64,000 nucleotides of DNA from Halobacteriales archaeon QS_8_69_73 (GTDB lineage Archaea; Halobacteriota; Halobacteria; Halobacteriales; Haloarculaceae): contig PXRZ01000001.1 of assembly GCA_003022945.1 (NCBI GenBank), positions 913-64,912 on the forward strand. The letters run 5' to 3'. Below the pieces are notes generated by a model. The model was given only the letters and a program-made list of their open reading frames with translations, did no database searches and was not told the DNA's origin. The position numbers and the translations under genes are program-made. Each line of letters opens with the position of its first letter. Position 1 is the stretch's first letter. Of the stretch, positions 58,749-64,000 are shown piece by piece.

Positions 58749-59441
58749 TCAGGCGCCGGTCTCGAGGTCGCCGCCCTCCCGCTCCCACTCGGTGAGGCTC
58801 CCCTCGTAGAAGGCGAGGTCCGGATATCCGAGGTGCCGGAGGACGGTGTAGGTGTGGCTGATACGGCGGGCGGTGTTGCAGTACAGCAGGACGCGCCGGT
58901 CGGGGACGACCCCACGGTCGGCGAGGAGGTCCCGGAGCGCCGGCTCCGGGCGGAGCCCGCGGGAGTCGTCGTCGACGAGTTCGCGCCAGTCGAGCCGGAT
59001 CGCCCCGGGGATGTGGCCCTCCTCGAACTCCCAGGCCTCGCGGGTGTCGACGAGGACGGCCTCGGGGTCGTCGACGGCGGTCTCGACGGTCGCGAGGTCG
59101 ACCAGCGGGAGCAGGTGGAGCCGCGCCGGGTCGTGGCCGTACAACTCGGCGGTCACGAGCAGCCGGGCGGCGAAGACGCCGTGGGTGTCGTCGTAGGCGA
59201 CGAGGCGATCGTCGACGCCGACGCCGGCCTCGCTCATCAGTTCGGCGAAGCGGTCGGCGCCGGGCAGCATCCCGGCCTCGCCGGCCGTCTCCGAGCGGAA
59301 GCTGTCGAAGGGGACGTTCGGCGCCCCAGGGAGGTGGCCGATGCCGTCGTACTCCCAGGCGTCGCGGACGTCGACCACGCTGACGTCGCCGTCGCGGAGC
59401 CGGTCGGCGACCCACGCCGCCGGCACCACTGCGTCGCTCAT
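58749..59441 (-). CDS. Tandem-rhodanese sulfurtransferase (in-frame internal deletion near 59110)
   Basis: GHLPGA, GHIPGA, LYCNTARR and YEGSLTEW. The LDG..W/linker segment is missing (HLL|PLVD). Confidence 0.87.
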   Translation of the reverse strand: MSDAVVPAAWVADRLRDGDVSVVDVRDAWEYDGIGHLPGAPNVPFDSFRSETAGEAGMLPGADRFAELMSEAGVGVDDRLVAYDDTHGVFAARLLVTAELYGHDPARLHLLPLVDLATVETAVDDPEAVLVDTREAWEFEEGHIPGAIRLDWRELVDDDSRGLRPEPALRDLLADRGVVPDRRVLLYCNTARRISHTYTVLRHLGYPDLAFYEGSLTEWEREGGDLETGA

Positions 59442-59507
59442 ACCGGGGGTCGGGCGCCGCGCGGTTTAATATTGTACTCTTGCGCTCCGGGTCGCTCCAA
59501 GCTACCC

Positions 59508-59518
59508 GCAACGGTTGC
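59508..59518. promoter_or_regulatory. Palindrome GCAACGGTTGC between the divergent sulfurtransferases
   Basis: Perfect 5-bp inverted repeat flanked by AT-rich boxes. Confidence 0.35.
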
Positions 59519-59705
59519 CGGTAATTGAATTAAACACGCCCGCGGAGGACGCCGACGCCGGCGATTCCCGCGGCGTCGACGGCCGTCGAGCGGGCACGGA
59601 GGACGGCCGGTCGGCGGCAGTTATTTCTCCTTCTCGTGATGGTCGGTCGAACGTTCCGGTAGTCGTAGGGTTATGTACGTGGTAGAACTACGGTTCAGGT
59701 GTATC

Positions 59706-60575
59706 ATGACCGACTACGCAACGGAGGACGTGCTCGTATCGGCGGACTGGGTCGAGGACCATCTCGACCAGTTCCGGAGCGACGACCCGGACTACCGACT
59801 GCTCGAGGTCGACGTCGACACCGAGGTGTACGACGAGGAGGGCCACGCGCCCGGCGCGATCGGCCTCAACTGGGAGGCCGACCTGCGCGACCAGGTCGAG
59901 CGCGACCTGCTGAAGAAGGATGACTTCGAGGCGCTGCTCGGTGACCTCGGCGTCACCGAGGACACGACCGTCGTCCTGTACGGCGACAACGCCAACTGGT
60001 TCGCCGCCTACACCTACTGGGAGTTCAAGTACTACGGCCACGACGACGTCCGACTGCTGGACGGCGGCCGCGACTACTGGGTCGCGAACGACTACCCGCT
60101 GACCGACGAGGTGCCGGAGTTCTCGTCGGCGTCATACGACGCCAGCGGCCCCCGCGAGTCCATCCGGGCCTACCGCGAGGACGTCGAGAAGGCCATCGAT
60201 CGCGGTCTACCGCTCGTCGACGTCCGCTCGCCGGAGGAGTTCAGCGGCGAGATCCTCGCGCCGCCGGGACTGCAGGAGACCGCCCAGCGCGGCGGCCACG
60301 TCCCCGGCGCCCAGAATATCTCGTGGGCCGACGTGACCAACGACGACGGCACGTTCAAGACCCGCGAGGAACTCGCGGAGCTGTACGGCGAGTACGGCAT
60401 CGACGGCGACGAGACCACCATCGCCTACTGCCGCATCGCCGAGCGCTCCTCGGTGGCGTGGTTCGCGCTGCACGAGTTGCTGGGCTACGAGGACTGCTCC
60501 AACTACGACGGCTCCTGGACGGAGTGGGGCAACCTCGTCGGCGCGCCCATCGAGACGGGCGAGGCCAGCGACTGA
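59706..60575 (+). CDS. Thiosulfate sulfurtransferase (rhodanese, CysA/SseA-like)
   Basis: GHAPGA, LLDGGR, RGGHVPGA, AYCRIAERSS and NYDGSWTEW. Confidence 0.93.
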   Translation: MTDYATEDVLVSADWVEDHLDQFRSDDPDYRLLEVDVDTEVYDEEGHAPGAIGLNWEADLRDQVERDLLKKDDFEALLGDLGVTEDTTVVLYGDNANWFAAYTYWEFKYYGHDDVRLLDGGRDYWVANDYPLTDEVPEFSSASYDASGPRESIRAYREDVEKAIDRGLPLVDVRSPEEFSGEILAPPGLQETAQRGGHVPGAQNISWADVTNDDGTFKTREELAELYGEYGIDGDETTIAYCRIAERSSVAWFALHELLGYEDCSNYDGSWTEWGNLVGAPIETGEASD

Positions 60576-60658
60576 CGGCCGCGGCCCCGGCTCCCACAGT
60601 ATCCCTTCTTTCGGCGGCGACCGCTGGTTACAAGCGACGCGCGGGCGTAGCCACGGGC

Positions 60659-61297
60659 ATGACCCCCGAGGAGTTCACCGACGCGGTTCGGGACGCCAAC
60701 AACACCGCCCTCTCGCGGCTCGGGTCCTCGAAGGCGCTGTACGCCGACACCGCCGGCGAGATGGAGGCCGGGGAGGTGCTGACGGCGGCCGCCACCGCCG
60801 AGCACCACGCCGCCGAGACGTACGCCGCCTGGGCCGACGACGCCGAGGCCGACGGCGACGACGAGCTGGCGGCGGCGTTCGCGACGACCGCCGAGGAGGA
60901 GCGGAACCACTACGAAACGGTCGCCGGCGAACTCGACGCCCACAAGCCCGGCGAGACCCCGGCGGTCCAGGCGTACCTCCGGGATCTGGACGGCGACGCC
61001 GAGCGGCTGGGCGGCTTCGTCGGCCGGACGCTGGCCGCCGAGAAGTCCAAAGAACAGGTGACAGGTTTCTTCGTCGGCGACGCCGACCCACAGACCGCGC
61101 GGCTGTTTCGCGACATGGGCGACGACCTCGACGCCCAGTTGGAGCGAGCGACGGAACTGCTCGCGGCCCGCTGCGGCGACGACGACGAGCAGTGGGAGCG
61201 GGCCCGCGAGGCCGCGAGCGGCGCAATCCAGGCGGCTTACGACGAGTACACCGAGCGGCTGGAGTCGATGGGCGTCAACCCCAAGCCGGTCTGCTGA
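60659..61297 (+). CDS. Ferritin/rubrerythrin-like protein
   Basis: LSRLGSSKALYA, AEHHAAETY, EEERNH and C-terminal GVNPKPVC. Confidence 0.8.
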   Translation: MTPEEFTDAVRDANNTALSRLGSSKALYADTAGEMEAGEVLTAAATAEHHAAETYAAWADDAEADGDDELAAAFATTAEEERNHYETVAGELDAHKPGETPAVQAYLRDLDGDAERLGGFVGRTLAAEKSKEQVTGFFVGDADPQTARLFRDMGDDLDAQLERATELLAARCGDDDEQWERAREAASGAIQAAYDEYTERLESMGVNPKPVC

Positions 61298-61347
61298 CGG
61301 CGGCCGCGTGCAGGTTCGCCCGGGCCGCGGCGGCACTGCGCTACTCG

Positions 61348-61647
61348 CTACTCCAGCGCCCGGTGCAGCGTCGTCTCAACAGCGTCGACGGCGGCCTCGA
61401 GGTCGTCGTACGTCGAGCGACCGGCGGTTTGACAGCCCTTCTTCCGCTCGATTCTGACCGCGGCCGAGTCGACGACGTCCGGGCGGACGGTCACCTTCGC
61501 GGCGGCACACACCCCGTCGTCGCCGGGGAGCCGGTACTCGACGATGCCGCCGCCGGCGTCGGTACGCTGCCAGCCCGCCGGCGGCTCGGCCGGTAGTCGC
61601 CGCTCCAGCCGGTCGGGGTCGGCCGCCGTCTCCGTCGTTGGTTGCAT
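61348..61647 (-). CDS. Small hypothetical protein
   Basis: MQPTTETAAD...VCAAAKVTVRPD...KKGC; fills the intergenic gap. Confidence 0.6.
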   Translation of the reverse strand: MQPTTETAADPDRLERRLPAEPPAGWQRTDAGGGIVEYRLPGDDGVCAAAKVTVRPDVVDSAAVRIERKKGCQTAGRSTYDDLEAAVDAVETTLHRALE

Positions 61648-61794
61648 GTACAACCGTACGGTCGCCGGTCGGATGGCCCTTGCGCCGGCGGCAGGCCGAC
61701 GGCCGACGGTCGGCGGCCGGCGGCTGACGGGCCGACAGCCGGCGGGTGCTTCCGGTGTCACAGCCCTCTAGTCGGCGGCCGCCGAACGGGAGGT

Positions 61795-63180
61795 ATGCGA
61801 CTGTTCTGGCACCAGCGGGATCTCCGGACCCGCGACAACGTCGGCCTGACGGCCGCCGCCCGCGGCGACGAGGTCGTCCCGGTGTACGTCTACGACACGG
61901 ACCTGCTGGCGACCGTCGGCCCCCGACAGCGGGCGTTCTTCCTCGAGGGCGTCCGCCGGCTCCAGGAGCGGTACCGCGAGCTCGGTAGCGACCTCGTCGT
62001 CCGGGCCGGCTCCCCGGAGCGGGAGCTCGTCGCGGCCGCGGAGGAATACGGCGCCGACGAGCTGTACTACAACGAACACTACCGGCGGCGGCGCCGCGAC
62101 CGGCAGGACCGCGTCGAGCGGGCGATGGGGAAGGCGAACGTCGACACGACGTCGCTGACCGACCTCGTGCTGGTCGGGCCGGGGAAGCTCGAGTCGTCGT
62201 ACCCGAACCACAGCCAGTTCCACAACGACTGGGAGCGGGTGCCGAAGCAGACGCCGGTCGAGCCCCCCGAGCCCGACCGGCTGGCCGACGTCTCCACCGA
62301 CGAGACCGTCCCAGTACCCGACGTCGACATCGAGCTGCCGGAGGCCGGCTACGAGGCCGCTCGCGAGCGGTTCGACCGGTTCTGCGGCGAGGGCATCTAC
62401 ACGTACAACGACACCAGAGACGACCTCCCGCGGGCCGCCGAGGCGCCGACGCGGGCCGTCTCCCGGATGTCGCCGTACCTCGCGGCGGGCATGATCGGGG
62501 TTCGGGAGCTGTGGCGGGAGGCCTCGGAGATCCACGACGCGGTCCACGGCGACGAGGCCCGCAACGTCGACAAGTACCGCTACGAGCTGTCGTGGCGGGA
62601 GCAGAACTACCACCTGCTGTACTACAACCCGGAGCTGCCGCGGGAGAACTACGTGTCGTTCCCCAATGAGATCGAGTGGCGGGACGACGAGGCGGCGTTC
62701 GAGGCCTGGAAACGCGGCGAGACGGGTTACCCGCTCGTCGACGCCGGCATGCGTCAGCTCGAACGCGAGGGGTACGTCCACAACCGACCCCGGCAGGTGG
62801 TCGCGAGCTTCCTGACCAAGCACCTGCTCGTCGACTGGCGGAAGGGCGCCCGACACTTCACGAAGCAGCTCGTCGACCACGACTACGCCTCCAACTACGG
62901 CAACTGGCAGTGGACGGCCTCGACGGGCACCGACTCCGTCGACGTCCGCATCTTCGACCCCGTCAGCCAGATGGCCAAGTACGACGACGGCGCGGCGTTC
63001 GTCACGGAGTACGTCCCCGAACTACGGGACGTGCCGGCGAACAAGATCGTCGAGTGGCCCAACCTCTCGCGGGGCGAACGCGAGGAGCTGGCACCGGAGT
63101 ACTCCCACCCCATCGTCGACCGCAACGAGGGTTACGAGCGCGCCCAGCGGACCTTCGAGCGCGCCCTCGGCAAGCGGTAG
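61795..63180 (+). CDS. phr: DNA photolyase/cryptochrome family protein
   Basis: WHQRDLRTRDN, SRMSPYL, ELSWRE, GETGYPLVDAGMRQL, HNRPR, NYGNWQW and RIFDP. Confidence 0.94.
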   Translation: MRLFWHQRDLRTRDNVGLTAAARGDEVVPVYVYDTDLLATVGPRQRAFFLEGVRRLQERYRELGSDLVVRAGSPERELVAAAEEYGADELYYNEHYRRRRRDRQDRVERAMGKANVDTTSLTDLVLVGPGKLESSYPNHSQFHNDWERVPKQTPVEPPEPDRLADVSTDETVPVPDVDIELPEAGYEAARERFDRFCGEGIYTYNDTRDDLPRAAEAPTRAVSRMSPYLAAGMIGVRELWREASEIHDAVHGDEARNVDKYRYELSWREQNYHLLYYNPELPRENYVSFPNEIEWRDDEAAFEAWKRGETGYPLVDAGMRQLEREGYVHNRPRQVVASFLTKHLLVDWRKGARHFTKQLVDHDYASNYGNWQWTASTGTDSVDVRIFDPVSQMAKYDDGAAFVTEYVPELRDVPANKIVEWPNLSRGEREELAPEYSHPIVDRNEGYERAQRTFERALGKR

Positions 63181-63246
63181 CCGCCGCAAGCGGCAAGCCC
63201 GTCGCCGACGCCCGGACTGAACCCCTTGGCGCCGCTACGCCGGCGT

Positions 63247-63990
63247 ATGGAGCCGACGCCCGACCTCGACGGACGGACCGCACTGGTGACCGGCAGCGCC
63301 AAGCGCGTCGGCCGGGAGCTACTGTTGGCGCTGGCCGACTGCGGCGCCGACGTCGTCGTCCACTACAACACCAGCGACGCGGCCGCCGAGGCGACCGCCG
63401 AGGAGGCCCGCGACCGCGGTGTCACCGCGACGACGGCGCAGGGCGACATCACCGACCCCGAATCGGTCGACGCCGCCTTCGACGCCGTCGAGGCCGACCT
63501 CGGGAGCGTCGACGTGCTCGTCAACAACGTCGGTAACTTCGACCCCCGCCACTGGACGGACATCGAGTGGGACGCCTGGCGCGACGTCGTCGAGACGACG
63601 TTCTACGGGACGGTGCTGTGCTCGCGGCGGGCGCTCGGGCCGATGCGGGACGCCGGCTGGGGCCGGGTCGTCAACATCGGCTTCGCCGACAGCGACCTGA
63701 TGCACGCCGCCCCGGTGAATTTCCCGTACTTCGTCGCGAAGACGGGCGTCATCATGTTCACCCGGATGCTCGCCTACGACACCCAGAACGACGGCATCAC
63801 GGTCAACGCCGTCTCGCCGTTCGCCGTCGAGAACACCCTCTCGGACGTGGGCGTGGAATCGATGCCCCGGGACCGACCGGCCGGCTTCGAGGACGTCGCC
63901 GCGCCGCTACTGTTCTTCTGTAGCGACGCCGCCAACTACATCAGCGGCGAGAACGTCGCCGTCGACGGCGGCCGACTACCGGAGGCCTGA
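63247..63990 (+). CDS. SDR-family oxidoreductase
   Basis: TGSAKRVG, DVLVNNVG and the YFVAK catalytic motif. Confidence 0.92.
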   Translation: MEPTPDLDGRTALVTGSAKRVGRELLLALADCGADVVVHYNTSDAAAEATAEEARDRGVTATTAQGDITDPESVDAAFDAVEADLGSVDVLVNNVGNFDPRHWTDIEWDAWRDVVETTFYGTVLCSRRALGPMRDAGWGRVVNIGFADSDLMHAAPVNFPYFVAKTGVIMFTRMLAYDTQNDGITVNAVSPFAVENTLSDVGVESMPRDRPAGFEDVAAPLLFFCSDAANYISGENVAVDGGRLPEA

Positions 63991-64000
63991 GGTCGCGGCG

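Noticed and set aside
1-64000. Many long Arg/Pro/Gly-rich ORFs overlapping or antisense to real genes (e.g. 41624-44158, 38946-41084, 22598-24568)
   Set aside because: These are shadow frames expected at very high GC. They lack motifs and the acidic composition of genuine haloarchaeal proteins.
1-64000. CRISPR array or cas genes
   Set aside because: I saw no regularly spaced 25-40 bp repeats with unique spacers, and no cas motifs.

Overview
This is a high-GC window with acidic proteins, typical of a haloarchaeon (class Halobacteria). It opens with the tRNA-Ser(GCT)-rps13-rps4-rps11 operon, mrp, moaA and tyrS. Next come an ABC exporter whose permease carries a PrsW-type protease domain and an intact IS200/IS605 (IS1341-like) tnpB element. 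A ~22 kb envelope island (22.4-44.4 kb) encodes MoxR, DUF58, DUF4129, DUF4350, three FtsX/MacB-type permeases, two ABC ATPases, surface proteins and SpoIIM. The window ends with thiolase/DUF35, hydantoinase/oxoprolinase, paaABCD, two rhodaneses, a photolyase and an SDR. The most notable observations are: (1) a ~380 bp non-autonomous IS200/IS605 derivative that keeps both ends and the omegaRNA-like 3' scaffold but has no tnpB; (2) a PKD-type protein with a low-GC variable C-terminus followed by a low-GC lipoprotein; (3) the envelope island itself; and (4) about a dozen abrupt internal deletions, including one in the essential rps4, which are most likely assembly artefacts. All family assignments come from motif recognition and memory. 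No searches were run.
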